From positions 75,216,064-75,280,063 of the forward strand of contig NC_068989.1 of the NCBI RefSeq assembly GCF_001194135.2: a DNA stretch of 64,000 nt. Direction: 5' to 3'. Every line of letters begins with the position of its first letter. Position 1 is the first letter of the stretch. This document shows positions 1 through 14,300 of the stretch, one piece after another. The DNA is from Octopus bimaculoides. Its lineage: Eukaryota. The translations under genes were made by a program, and so were the position numbers. A model generated the notes under the pieces. The model had not been told where the DNA came from. It saw only the letters and a program-made list of their open reading frames with translations, and did no database searches.

Positions 1-445
1 ATCATCATCATCGTTTAACGTCCGCTTTCCATGCTAGCATGGATATATATATATATATATATATATATAAACACTTGTTAGTTCAGTAGATTACAATCAT
101 TAGTGTTGACTAGCTAACTGAATCTTGTTTTTCCTTTTAGCAACATTGCAGCATGAAATGGAATACTAAAATAACAAATAGCTTTTGCTAGCAACAACAA
201 CTATATTGATTTTGAACACTTTTGATCTGGATCTCCCCCCAACCCCCATAAAAATCAATATTGATTTCTTTTTAGCCAATAACTCGAATGAGTGAGGTAT
301 ACCAATCAGTTGTATCAGGTGAATAATATTGGAAATATATTTCAAGCTAACCACAGTTCACTGAGTCAGTGGGATGGTGGTTTACCAGTTAAACTGGGAA
401 TTTCATTTTACAAGACTGGCATTGTTATATATATATGTCGCTTAT

Positions 446-926
446 GGGTGTGTGGTAAGTAGCTTGCTTACCAACCACATGGTTCTGAGTTCAGTCCCAC
501 TGCGTGGCACCTTGGCGGGACAAGTGCCTTCTACTATAGCCTCAGGCCGACCAAAGCCTTGTGAGTGGATTTGGTAAACAGAAATTGAAAGAAGCTTGTC
601 ATATATATATATATATATATATATGGTTGAAATTTACAGAAAAACAAAAGACAGAGACAGGTGTATGAACAACAAGCAGGTGTATAAGTTTGATGCTTGG
701 GAAAGCGAGAAAGTCTTTTACATCTTGAGCCTGCGCTCTTCAATATGTGTGTGTGTGTGTCTGTTTGTGCCCCCACCATTGTTTTGACAACGTTGGTATG
801 TTTACGTCCCCATATCTTAGTGGTTCGGCAAAAGAGACCTATAGAATAAGTACTAGGCTTACAAAGAATAAGTCCTGGGTGCTCCAGCATGACCACAGTC
901 AAATGACTGAAACAAATAAAAGAATA
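446..926 (+). mobile_element. tRNA-derived SINE, family A
   Basis: A-box/B-box-like head (GGGTGTGTGGTAAG...GAGTTCAGTCCC), body GCACCTTG...CAAGTG.CTTCTACTATAGCC, central (TA)n/(TG)n, tail GCTCCAGCATG.CC.CAGTCAAATGACTGAAAC; many copies in the window. Confidence 0.85.
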
Positions 927-1551
927 TACATTTATTAACGTTGCTGATCCAATTTACTTGTCTAGAAACAGATAGTGAGGTATAATTAAGGAGTTTTTTT
1001 TATAAGAAAGCTTGCAATGGTCCTGTCTTGCAATTCTCTCAACAACAATGCCTGATGCATACTGGCATGCTATCCATTTTGAGGTGGAGACATTCCTCGA
1101 CTGCATAGTTAAGTTGAAAACTTGGATGTGCCCTTATGATTCACAATAGAAGTGCTGTGTAATAGTCTAACAAATCATTAACAGATCAGCATTGTATCCA
1201 GCTGAGGTGGAGATATCGCTTAACTACATCGTAGTAAGTTAAAAGATAGGATACACTCTGATATGATTCTTAATAAATGATAGTAGTGGTGGTGGCGGTG
1301 GCAGCCACTAAAAACAGAAGATATTTGGTCATGTCATCTTGTTTATGTGGCCCCCATCATCCTAAGACCTGAGGCCTCACCACTTATTTTTTATCATGAG
1401 ATATCTTTCACTCTCAGCATTCAATACTCTTCCACTACCAAATAAGTGTTTTCATTCACATCTTTTAGCAGTTGTTCTCCATGCTGGCATGGGTTGACAA
1501 GGATCTAACGAGTCAGAAGACTGTGTAGTACTCCAATGTCTGCACAGCATA

Positions 1552-2778
1552 CCGTAAAAACCCATGTAATTTTCACACTTTTTTTTTGCAAAAATAAACA
1601 TAAACTTTAGTGGGTGTGTAAATTACATGAGTAGATCATTTCCAGATTTTTTTGTTGAAAAGAGACGTACAAAATGTAGACTTGACTCATTTAATGTCAG
1701 AATAGGTTTTCACAGAAAAATATAATGGCTTAAATATAATGAAGTTGAATTTTATTTTTTGTGCTAGATTGTATAATTGCTTACTTTTTCTGTATAAATT
1801 TATTAAAACCATTAAATGGTTAATTACTTTTTGAAGTCTAATGTTCATGCAGGTAAACATGGTCTGGGTCATATTTTATATTGCTTGGAGTTTCTACCTA
1901 TGACAATGGAGCACCATTGACATATATAGTGATATGGATAATCTTGATTGTATGTTTCTATTTTTGTCTGTTTATTACTAGGCACAGTTTTAAGTTTGTC
2001 GTACTGTTTACGTCAATTTTGAATATTGGCTTCATTAACATTAAAACGCCTTCCTGCAGCTCTATTGCCACATTCAAATGCATGTTCAACATATTTAATT
2101 CCTCCTTCGCAGTAAGCGATTCATAAGTTCTACCTATACTAACAATAACGGTAATGACAAATTTTTAAGTTTGCTTGACATTTTGTAAGCGTGAAAGGGA
2201 TTAAAATTTTGATACTCTGTATCAAAGGTTCCGACAAGAATAGGCGGAAAATAATTCTGTTTACATAATCAGTTTGATCAGCCACTTTCCTCTGTCGGTT
2301 GAGTAAAGTATCATCCAAGCTGTTTATTGGTAATCAAACTTAATTTGCAACACCTGTGTGTATTTATCAGGTTTGTTTTTGTTGGTAATTCTTATCAACA
2401 ACTTTTCCTGTGATCATGATTTGAGAAGACATACAGCAGTATGCTAAAGATTGGACATAATCTCTTGTGGGCAAGAAATGTAAAATACGGTTTATTATAA
2501 ACAACACAAACACTTTGTAATTTAATAGCTTTCAATGTGATACCCATTAAACAGAAATTATTTTTATTTAATGAAAATTTAATAAAATCTAATCATAAGT
2601 AAGTGAAATTACGCTAAATACAACTAAATTGCAAACCTTTTCCCCCTGGCTATATCAGCAATTCTGAAAAAATTTGGGTGTGAATTTTACATGATTAGAA
2701 GCCTTTTTTTAACAAATTTTAACCTGAAAATCACCTGCTTAAATTACACAGGTGCGCAAATTACATGGATTTTTAGGG
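1552..2778 (-). mobile_element. Internally deleted pogo/Tc2-like (Tc1/mariner superfamily) DNA transposon
   Basis: 27-bp TIRs CCGTAAAAACCCATGTAATTTTCACAC (1552-1578) and 2752-2778, 23/27 identical; TA at both flanks; minus-strand relic TAKEEL/KYVEHAFECGNRAAGRRFNVNEANIQN*RKQ resembles the Brinker-type DNA-binding HTH of POGK/Tc2-like transposases. Confidence 0.8.
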
Positions 2779-2929
2779 TAATCACTGCTTCTGCACACAT
2801 GGGGGAGATATCTTTAACACTCAGCCCACTTGTGCACTGTCTTCTATTTAAGTTGAGGTTATATATTATTTATTATATATTCTACTTTAGGTTTTATTTC
2901 TAAATGTAAATATTTGACTTCTATTTCAG

Positions 2930-3023
2930 CTCTGTTCCTGGAGTTTTTGGTGTTGCCCAAAATCAGCATTTGGATACCATTAAAAGAATGTTGGGAGTGT
3001 GTTTACAAGACAAAACAATTGAT
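2930..3023 (+). CDS. IPO5: IPO5 exon (first in window)
   Basis: ttcag|c TCT...GAT|gtgagt; [31 protein letters not shown], similar to human [27 protein letters not shown]. Confidence 0.93.
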
Positions 3024-6000
3024 GTGAGTCAAGTTTTTTTTTAATAATTTAATTTAAAATTTCTTTTGTTTTCCTTTGCTAATTTGATTAATCCAAACTG
3101 AATTATTGTACTTCAATCCTTTTGTTAAAATAAACTGCTTTTTTTTCTAATAAATTTTAAGATAATGAAGAATTTAGTAAAACTAAGACACATACTTTTT
3201 GTGCTGTGGTTCATGTATATATCCCCACAGTCCCTAGAGCCCATATAAAAATTTTCCATCACCCTGCAGGGGGCGGTATCAATTACTTTGAGAAGCACTG
3301 GTCTTAATCATTTGAAGTTTCATTGTTGTATTAACTATCTAAAAAAAAATTTCAACACCACACCCTTTCTCTTTTTCCTGTCTCTTCACACTTGATTGTT
3401 TTTACTAATTATTTGCTCATTTGTATTTCATTAGGTTCGGTATGAAGCTGTTCATGCTACAACTGCATTTATAATAGCAAATGAAAAACAGTTAAATGTT
3501 CTGAACCACTTCAGAGAACTTCTTCCTGGTATTATAAATGTAAGTTATTGGTAAATTTTTTAATTTGTTGACTTTCTGATTTTGTTTCAAGAATTTCTAT
3601 TAAAGAGTAGTATTTTTTTTATGTTAGTTTTTAATTATATATTTAGATTATGTACATTATCATTATATATATATATGATGAATCAGTGACCTGCAGGCAA
3701 AATCATTACGCCAGATTTGGCCTCTCACATCTACCCTACAATAACATCATCGAAATCTCGAAGCTATGAGATAATGCATAATCACTTGAAAACAATCAGA
3801 ACAAGAGCACTCAGAGAGTGCAAGTCGCCGCCAAGGCAACACCAATGTCTTCTCTCAACAATTAGCCAGAGATGATTTTTAAAATGAGAATATCTGAAAT
3901 AAACTTGACTGCTCTCACAAACAAGAATACTACAAATGAACCCGGCCGCTCACAAAAATGAAGTAAAAAAAAAATAAAACAGAAAAATAATCCAGAATCC
4001 TTGTCCGATACTGGATCGATCCCAAAATCTAATCAGTTCGTGCCAGTCACGAGGCCAAACATCCTTGAAAGTTTCATCCTAATCCATCCAGTGGTTCTTG
4101 AGATATCTTGTCCGTGGACAAACAAACAAACATGACCATAAACAATACCTCCACTTTCGCTAAAGCGGAGGTAATAAATAAACTGACACTGGAGCTTGAC
4201 ACAGTCTTGCAGCTCACTAGATGCTGCCAAGCCAAGTTCTACTGATTGGTACCTTCAACAAGTTTCTTCTACTATAACCTCAGGCCAACCACAACCTTGT
4301 GAGTGGATTTGGATAAATGAAAACTGTGAGAAACCTGTTGTATATGTGTGTTTGTGTCCTTGTCTTAACATTGCGCACTTATTGTAAAACAAGTGGTATT
4401 CATTGTTTTAGTTTTCTGTGAGAAACGATCTGGAAATAGGTGAGGTTAATGACAGGAAAGGCATCTAACTTTAGAAAATCTAGTGCTTGATGCCTTTCTT
4501 GTTATGATCTACCTCAATGAATTCTGTCTGTTTATCTGACCTATGCAAGCATGGAAAAATGGTTGTTAAAAACGTTACTTGTTTGTAATGAACGGAATTC
4601 TAAAAGAAAAAAATGTTATACTTTTATTACCTGAAATTAAACTATATCCACCTGCCGATCAAACAAACATGTTAACCAATACAAGAGTGGTTGGGGTTTG
4701 TGTGTCCATGTATATATATGTATATGTGTGTATTCAATAAAGGATGTTTTTTTTTTTATTTCTATAGGGAGTAGCAGAAAGTGTAAATTCCGACCATGAG
4801 GACTGCCTTGTTAAATGCCTGATTGAACTAGCTGACAATGTGCCCAAATTCCTGCGAAGTCATTTAGAATTAATACTGCCATTCTGTATGAAGGTAGTTA
4901 TTGAAAGTTTTCATTATCATTTATTTTATTTTCCTTTGTGTGTTCTTCTCAATTTTGCTTATCCTGATCAAACTTTGTCCTTTTAAGTTTGCATGTATCT
5001 TTTGCTTTCAACTCTGATAATGAAAATTGAGGGATGATGATTCTAAAATTAATATTTAGGTTTCCCAGTGGTTCAATTTGATTTCTTGACAATATGGTTT
5101 CCGGTTCAATCCCACTCTCTGGCCCCTTGGGCAAGAGCCTTCTGCAACAGCCCCGGGCTTACCAAAACCTTGTGAGTTGATTTGATAGATGAAAAATGAA
5201 AGATACCTGTTGTGTGTGTATGTATGTGTTTGCGTGTTGTGTACCCTTGTCATGGCATGATGGTTGCAAACAAATGTCATCATCATACTGTCAAATGCTG
5301 TCCATTTCTAGGCATCCGAGAAAAACATCTGGAGTTGGGAGAAATATTACCTTGCTTGGCACTAGGTGAGGGTTGGCAACAGGAAGGGCATCTGGACATA
5401 CAAAATCTGCCTCATTGAATTCTGCCTGACCCATGCCAGAATGGAAAAGTGGACATTAAAATGATGATGATTTATGATGGCTTCAGGCAATATGTGTTAG
5501 AGAAGGGTGTAACATTCAGAAGTGAACCAGTTTATCATTGTACTTGATAAATACATTTGTCTTGCTCCATCATAGAAGCTCTAGCCAAAACTTAATCCAC
5601 TATCTGCTGTATAGAGATAACATGGGATTGTGTTCTGCAGGCATATCCAAGAATTGTAGGGTAGGTGTGAAATATTGGATCTGGCCTGTTTGAACATACA
5701 AGAGGCAGGATATTTTAGCCAGATATGGCTGGTTTAAATGCTAAAGTTTTAAGCTTGCTTCCCAGCTATGTGGTCTTGGGTTCAGTCCCACTGTGCAGCA
5801 TCTTGGGCAAGACAGGAACTGAAAAATGTGTGTACGTGCATGTGTGTGTACCTTTGTCTTGACATTGCCTGTTGGTTGTAAGTGAGCATCACTTTCACAC
5901 AAGCAATGTTCATTCCCAGTCTGCCATGGAAAACATGTCTGGCTTTAGGGAATATTATCTGTCTGAGGAACAAGTGAGGGTTGGCAACAGAAAGGGCCTC

Positions 6001-8247
6001 CAGCTGTAGAAAAGTTGCCTTAACAAATTTTGTTTGACCCATACAAATATAATACAGTGGATGTTGAAATGATGAGGATCCAATATTTGAAAAACCATCC
6101 TACTACTATGCTTGTTTAGGAAAGAAGCTTAAAGTTGTGTGTGTAAAAGCAGGTCTGCTATAAATTGAAGGTAGTTTAGGCTTGGTCAGCCCTCATCTGA
6201 GGTGTTCTGCTATGATGTTTTAGTCAGGTATAGAGTATCTGTGGAGGTGCAATGGCCCAGTGGTTAGGGCAGCGAACTCGCGGTTTCGATTCCCAGACCG
6301 GGTGTTGTGAGTGTTTATTGAGCGAAAACACCTAAGCTCCATGTGGCTCCGGCAGGGGCTGGTGGCGACCCCTGTTGTACTCTTTCGCCCCAACTTTCTC
6401 TCACTCTTTTTTCCTTTTTCTTGAGTAACGCTGCGATGGACTGGCGTCCCGTCCAGCTGGGGGGAACACAGACGCCATAGAAACCGGGAAACCAGGCCCA
6501 TGAGCCTGGCTAGGCTTTGAAAGGGCGACGTTTATCGTTATAGAGTATCTAGGATTACGTTCCATATTATGAATGATAATATTTTTAGGACGATGAATGA
6601 AAAGCAGAATATATGCTAGAAGAAGTAATTTCTTTCTTGTTTGTTTTGTTACCCAGGTAGTGTCCAATCGAGAAGCTGATGATCATCGACGGCAACTGTC
6701 ACTAGAAGTAATTGTTGCTCTGTCAGAAACAGCTGCTGCTATGGTGCGCAAAAACTGGAAGTACATCCCAAATTTGGGTGAGTTGCATTATGTTACAGCT
6801 CCTGAATATTGTACATACATCTTATTTCTTTATTGCCCACAAGGGGTTAAACATAGAGGGGACAAACAAGGACAGACAAAAGGGATTAAGTCGATTACAT
6901 CGACCCCAGTGCGTAACTGGTACTTAATTAATCGACCCCGAAAGGATGAAAGGCAAAGTCGACCTTGGCGAAATTTGAACTCAGAAAGACAGATGAAATA
7001 CCTTATTTCTTTATTGCCCACAAGGGGACAAACATGGACAGACAAAAGTATTAAGTCGATTACATCGACCCCTTGAAAGGATGAAAGGCAAAGTCAACCT
7101 CGGAGGAATTTGAACTCAGAACGTAACGGCAGACGAAATACCGCTAAGCATTTCGCTCGGCGTGCTAACGTTTCTGCCAGCTCGCTGCCTAATTGTACAT
7201 ACATCTGTTGGCGTTGGGAAGGGCATCCAGCTGTAGAAACTCTGCCAAATTAGATTGGAGCCTGGTGTTGCCATCCGGTTTCACCAGTCCTCAGTCAAAT
7301 CGTCCAACCCATGCTAGCATGGAAGGCGGACGTTAAACGATGATGATGATGATGATCTTGCCACTAAATTGTTCAGGGTTGGTCTACTGTTTAAAGGATT
7401 GAAGAGTGAGGTTTCATCACTCGGGCTACACTGAGAATGCCTTTTGGCTCTAAATGATCCCCCCCCCCACATTACTTTAAATTGGGGCCATGAGGTAGTA
7501 TTGTTTGCTGTGGTAAGCAGCAATGTTATAATGTAAGTGAGAGTGTTGAGTTCAAATCCATTCATTAACAAAACCTGTGATTAAAGTGGTTGTCAGAGTA
7601 GCTGAACATCTCAATTGTTTCCAACATCCAATATCCAGAGCTTCATCACTACTGAAAGAGGAACCCCTCTCTTGAGTCCTTCCACTGTTGTCTGTCTCTG
7701 GCCACTTGTAGCCATGTAGCCATTGTTTAATACTTCAGTAGTGTGTGGAACCTAGCAGGAAGGGTACATTAGCACAGGAAAAAAGGGTGGGGGGAGGGGG
7801 CATTGATGAGGTTAGAGACTGCAGCAAAAGAATTCTGATAAACCAACTGAAAGATTGGTCAGACAATTGATGAGTTAATGAACTCAGTCATATAAAGAAG
7901 TGAAATGCAATTATTGCACTTTATTATTTGAAAAATGAACCTCTCAAAGTGCAACAACATTTGTTTTAACACAATTGATTTCACATCAGTAACTGTGCTC
8001 AGCAAATACAAAAGCGATGTGTGTATAGACATGTGGACAGTTTTATTTTTTCATGTATGTAATGTTTGTCCCCTTGTTCTGACACTCTCCTTTCTTGACA
8101 TTACACAAGAGTTGTAAGGAAGTGTCTCTGCCATGGAGAAATATTATCTTGCTTGAAACAGGAAGGCTAAATTCCATTTGACCCATGCAAGCATGGGAAA
8201 GTGAATCTCCTAATATAATAATGAGCATAGTGTTTCTATATATTTGT

Positions 8248-8329
<82 letters not shown>

Positions 8330-11300
8330 TTGTCCAAAATCATAGGGTAGGAGAAAGAGTAGTATAAGTAAACGGGGAGGAGAGAAAGTACTAATTCAGT
8401 GAAGAAGTAGTGAGAGTAATAGCTCTGACTGAGAGAGAGTGAGAGAAAAGAAGTGGCAAAGAGCGCATCGTGTATCTTATGTTTTTCTCCGTCACAACAT
8501 ATGAATGAGAAAGAAAGGGGTGATAGATGAATAAAGAAGGAAGGGGTGAAAAAAAATCAGTGTTTCAACTCTGTGTGAGTATATGTGTGTGTATGTAAAA
8601 GGGAGGTGTGTGTGTGCAATGGAAATGGGATGGTGGACGTTCAATGCTGAAGAGAAAACTCAAACAGCATTTCAACTCTGTTTGAGTACATGTATGTGTG
8701 TGCATGTACAAGGGAAGTATGTGAATGTTTGTGTCTATGATTATTATGTACCTTATTTATACATAAAATACTACAATTGGCTGTCATTTTTGATGGCATG
8801 GGGTCGGCTAGTATTAAAATAATGAGGATGTGATGCTTGCATGTATTTTGATCTGTTTTAATTGTGGATTTTTCAAATTTTTTTTTTATTTCATTTCTAC
8901 TCAGTTCCTGAAACACTTGCACTTATGGTGGACCTTGAAGAGGATCCTGATTGGGCCCAAAAAGATGAAGCTGATGACGATGACATAGAAAGGTACTATG
9001 CCACTTAAGATATAAATACCATTTAAAATTTAAATTTACTTTGAGAACATCAGTATTGAAACATTTTGATTTCATCTTTCATCAGATTAATTAGATTAGA
9101 TTTAACCTCTTTCAACATTCTCAAGTTTCTTTTTGTCTTTTCTTCCTTTTTTTTTAGTGAGGTTAACCTTTTCATTTACTGTCTCATTACCATATTTCCA
9201 ATAAATACTTTGCTTATATATGTTTCAGTTGTATTTTAAAATGACCAAGAAATTGGTAGAATTTCGCAAAGTAACTTTCCATTCTTAAAGTGATGTAATG
9301 TTTAGAATATAAATGAATGGAAGGTTCTTTGGTAAATTATGATGGAAGATTTAAAATTTATTCTGAGCATCTTAAGAACTGGATATCTTGCATCATTGAA
9401 CCAGGAGTGATTTCAGTGGGTTTTCGTCTGAAACAGTTAACCCTTTGCCTGTCATATATCACGCATGACATATTTCCACAATGTCCATGCATCATAGATG
9501 ATACGCATTTCCAATTTTTGCCAACCACCAAAGTAACTTGGGACTTATATTACTCAAAAAGTATGAAACAAAAAGGGTTAGCTAAGTGTCTGAAAACAAG
9601 CACGAGGGCAAATTGATGAAAATGCTTTGGCTAGGCAAAGGGTTAATTGTAGTGCTCTAATGAATTTAGACAACACATTGATGACACATTTCAAAGAGCC
9701 ACATTCTGTTCACAAGCTGCCCTAAGACCTTATGTATTATATGTATCAATGTCTTCTAATTTTTCCATTCTTTCTTTCTCTCCAGTAATGCCATAGTCGG
9801 TGAGAATGCACTGGATCGTCTTGCCTGTGCTTTGGGGGGCAAAACTATTTTGCCTCCCATTGTATCTCATATACCTCAGATGTTGAGCAATGGTAAATAT
9901 TAAAACCCTTTTTCTACCCTATTTCACCCTTGTCTTCCCACATCCTTTTTCTTTTTTTTAAAAATATTTTCCTAATATTGACGCCCACCTCTTTTTGCTG
10001 TTTTTTGTCTCACAATGGCTGTGTAATCAAGTGCCACATGATCTGAGACAAGATAATATAGTTTAAACTATTTTTATCTCAATCTCACCTGAGTCAACTT
10101 TGACTTTTCACCTTATCTAATTGGGCCCATTAAAATGGGGCCAAGTTGACTTGAATGGACACACACAACTAGAATTACAGCAGCCACTCACAAGCAAGTA
10201 TCATTTTGTAGCCTGTTCCATGTTATTGCTAATTGTTTTAGCTGCTTATCTAGTTGTGATCAGGTATTGACACCCTCTTGGTCCTATCAACTTTAACCCA
10301 GCAGGACATCTATCATGTATCAGCTGGAAGAAGGGCTGCATTTCAACTCATCTGCTTGAGTTGATTGGAGTATGAAGTGTCTTGCTTTTGGACACACTGT
10401 GCTGTCCAGTTCAGGTACTAAACCCATGGCCTTAAATACATGTACCCAGCACTACTAGTCTCTAAGTTACGCCCCTCCCCCACTCTGCATGCCCATCCCC
10501 CACAACTGATTAAATTGAAAAAAAAACCCAAAAAAAACAAACAAACCCTTTTGTTGAATTTCAGAAATGTTTTTTTATCTTTAGGCAAGGCTATTTTAAA
10601 CACAATCAAAACCTTGATTTGATTTTCTAAAATTAATCAAAAACCCAAGTATGAAACTCACTAGATCCTAGCTAGAGTTGATTCCATGTTCTTTGTTTTT
10701 TCTTTCATACATTTATTATAGATTTTATGGTCTAAGAGCAGTACTTACCAAAATGAAGATACCATAATTTTTTGAGAACAATGCTATCTCATATTATTTT
10801 ATCCTTTCTTTTTCATTTTTCACTTGTTTAATTGTTGCAGTGAAAATGGTACTCTCCTTTCCACGTGACAAAGTGGTATGAATGAGTCAGCCACTATGTC
10901 ATAGAAAGTCAGTAGTAGTTTGGTCATTGTATGAGTTCTCAGTTGGAGTCAATGTCAGTTATGTGTTGTATACAAGTTCAAGTTACCGTCAAGGTAGATG
11001 TTTCAAAGTCATTGTCTTGCGGAACTATCAGCGATAGCACGATAGACAAATAAAAGATAATAAGACGCAGAACACCACCACAACATAATAGTGGCAACAA
11101 AAATATTACAGTGCCAACAATAACATACAAGCAAACGAGGATCCACATTGTAACAATAATGCTATCCAAACCCAATATCGACCATGATATTTTGTATTAA
11201 ATTTTTTACATTATACATGAGTAAAAATGATTTGTATTCACTAATTACAAGAAATTTATTCTTCCACAGCTGATTGGCGTTGCCGACATGCCGCATTAAT

Positions 11301-14300
11301 GGCCATTTCTGCTTGTGGTGAAGGCTGCCATACCCAAATGGAGCAAATGCTAGCCAATATTGTTGAAACTGTGTTACCTTATCTGAAAGATCCGGTAAGA
11401 TCTATTTTTTGTTTGTTGCAGGTTAATTTAATGCCCGTAGCTGTCATGTTGGTGAGTGTGTGACGGATGGATTGTAGACATAAGTGTGTTTTATGTTATC
11501 AGGAGAATTGTGCTCAAGATGTTGATGAAGTTTAGTAAGCATGGAAAGGCTGTGTGTTGGTAAATTCATTGGTCATAGAAATAGATGACAGAAGAAATAT
11601 CAGTTAACATAACTTTTATTTACTGTTATGAGACAAACAACTACTTTTGAGTTGTTAATACATAAAGGCTGGTTGTAGTTCTGTTGTCTCTCATATAGAT
11701 ATCTCTGGTCATTGTAGTCTACTATTAGGTGGCTGATGAAAAAGGAGAGAAAAGAAAATTTACCTCTCTGAAAGTTATTGAGAAAGTAAGAGGGATATGT
11801 TAGTTCTGTGACAGCCACTGAGTAAAGAGAGAGAGAGAGAGATCTTAACTCTCTGACAGAGCTGGGGAAAGAAAGCAGGTGTGTTACCTCTTCTATAAGC
11901 ACCAGATCAGTATGAAAGAGAGAATTTTGTTTAGTGTTCCATATTTATAACAGTCCCATTGCTAAACTAAGTCACTGTAACAAAGGGTATTTCATAACTT
12001 GTCTAAACTTAATCCAAGATGTTAACACTTTACAGCTGACTCTCATAAATCTCCGAGTGCAGATTCAGAGAACAAAGGAAAGAAGCTTGCTGGAATATTC
12101 AGGCTGAGGTTTCAATTCCTGATTAAGAATCCAGGATCTGATTACTTCAAAGTGCATATAAACATGGTAACATATTCAAACTCTGAAGAATAGAGTTTTG
12201 TGATTTGGTGATGCTGGGTGCCATGCTATCAAAAATAATGTGTTGATAAACATTAATCTAAAGGGTTAACCTGTGTTTCATTTTCTTATTAATATCTTCA
12301 TTGTTATTATGAAGGCAGTAGATTGGTACAACCTTCATAGTGTCAGACAAAGCCTTGTGATATTTAGCTGTGGCTCCTTAAATTCTGGGTTCAGATCCCA
12401 CCAAAATCAACTTTGCCTTTCGTCCTTCTCGGGTCGATTAAATAATGTACCAGTCATATACTGGGTCAAGAGTGTAGTGAGACCAATTTCCATTATGGCA
12501 TATTGAAGACAATCGGCCTTTTATAGGCTCAGCATGTTAATCTGTAATGAAATGTCGATTTAACCCAGGGCTCTGGAGACAGAGTTGGAAACAATTAAGG
12601 GGTAGCTGGAGTTGGAGTCAGTAAAACTATATAACTCTGACTCATCTATATTCTTTACTACAAACCAGTTATAACATATATGGCCTAAGTGTATGCATAT
12701 GCTTTATGAGATATGTAGACCACAATCACTTCATAGCATAAATAGGAGTCGGAGGTGCCAATAGTAGAGGAGTCGGAGTCGAAGTTTTTTGTTTCAACTC
12801 CACAGCCCAGGATTTACCTATCATGTGAGTTTTGAACATTGGTTTAGTTTTGTGTTGTGGTTGGTTGAGTATTGCATGGGACTTGGATTGAAGGTCCAAT
12901 CAGGTTGTACCTAATACATTCTCAAACAACTAATCTGTCCGTGCTCTCGATCCTACCTTTTCCCATAAATTGGTGAGAGTTTTTCATCAAGGTGAGTTGC
13001 CAAAAATTTCTAGTCTTGTGTCTGTGTAGAAAATTAACTATTACTATATTTGTTATTATTTCGGGGGGTGATGGTTGTATGCAGCAAAGTTGTTAGAGTA
13101 TCAGAATAAATGCCTTGTGGTATTTCTTTTGGATAAAGGGAGTAATACACATCACGCATAACTGTATGAGTGCTGTATTACCAAAGAGTATTTCATTTAC
13201 GTACATCACTGAACTTAAATCTTTCTATGAACATGGAGAAAGTTGTTGGGAAATCATTGCAGTCTAGCTTTGTTAATCCATGACATGAAGATATTATATA
13301 AGTAACCTGGTAACCTTGTGATTTTCAGATATTGAGTTTGTCTCAGGGTTATTTAAGTTACCTTTAGTATGCATGTGTATTTGTTTTCATATTTTTATAT
13401 TATAGGTCATTGATGTGTATTATTTTCGTGTGAAATCATTATAAATCTTGTGTGTCACTTTTCCTCTCTTGCAGCATCCACGAGTACGTTATGCTACGTG
13501 CAATGCACTTGGTCAGCTCTCTACTGATTTTGGTCCATGCTTTCAAAAGAAATTTCATGATAAGGTAACGAAGCTTCTCTCTTCTACCTCTTCTACTGTC
13601 CCTGTTTATCCCTCAGAGGGAATTATCTCTTCATTTTACTGTATGTATCAATATGCTCATCAGTGTTCAGCTGTAACAGGCTGGCAGTTGGTTGTTATGA
13701 TATATTGATTTTTATCAGTTTCATCATCATCATCATCATCATCATCGTTTAACGTCCGCTTTCCATGCTAGCATGGGTTGGACGATTTGACTGAGGACTG
13801 GTGAAACCGGATGGCAACACCAGGCTCCAGTCCGATTTGGCAGAGTTTCTACAGCTGGATGCCCTTCCTAACGCCAACCACTCAGAGAGTGTAGTGGGTG
13901 CTTTTACGTGTCACCCGCACGAAAACGGCCACGCTCGAAATGGTGTCTTTTATGTGCCGTGTCTCCTTGTCTTGACATCACATGATGTCAAGCTCTCCAT
14001 CCTTAAGATCAAAATGCAGCTCAAAGGTCACCATTTTATTTCAAAGGAGATGATGTTAAAATAAGTTGATTTTTTAAAATTAAATATAACTAGTCTCGGA
14101 AGCTTTTGATACCACTTTGTATAACAACAAAAATATTAACTCTTGTTCATAAACGGTTGAGTTGTTTACAGCCTAAGACTACTAGTACAACACTTTATGA
14201 GTTTCAAGCACACTCCACTAGGAATCAAGGCAGCATATATTCATCTTCATAGCATTTCACATAGAAACATGAATATCATTTTTACTTTGTCTTTCAGTGG

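Noticed and set aside
1-2929. Search for upstream IPO5 exons (N-terminal ~155 aa)
   Set aside because: No segment matching the expected ...WPE.L.FLF...LREAAL.IF region was found; these exons presumably lie before the window.
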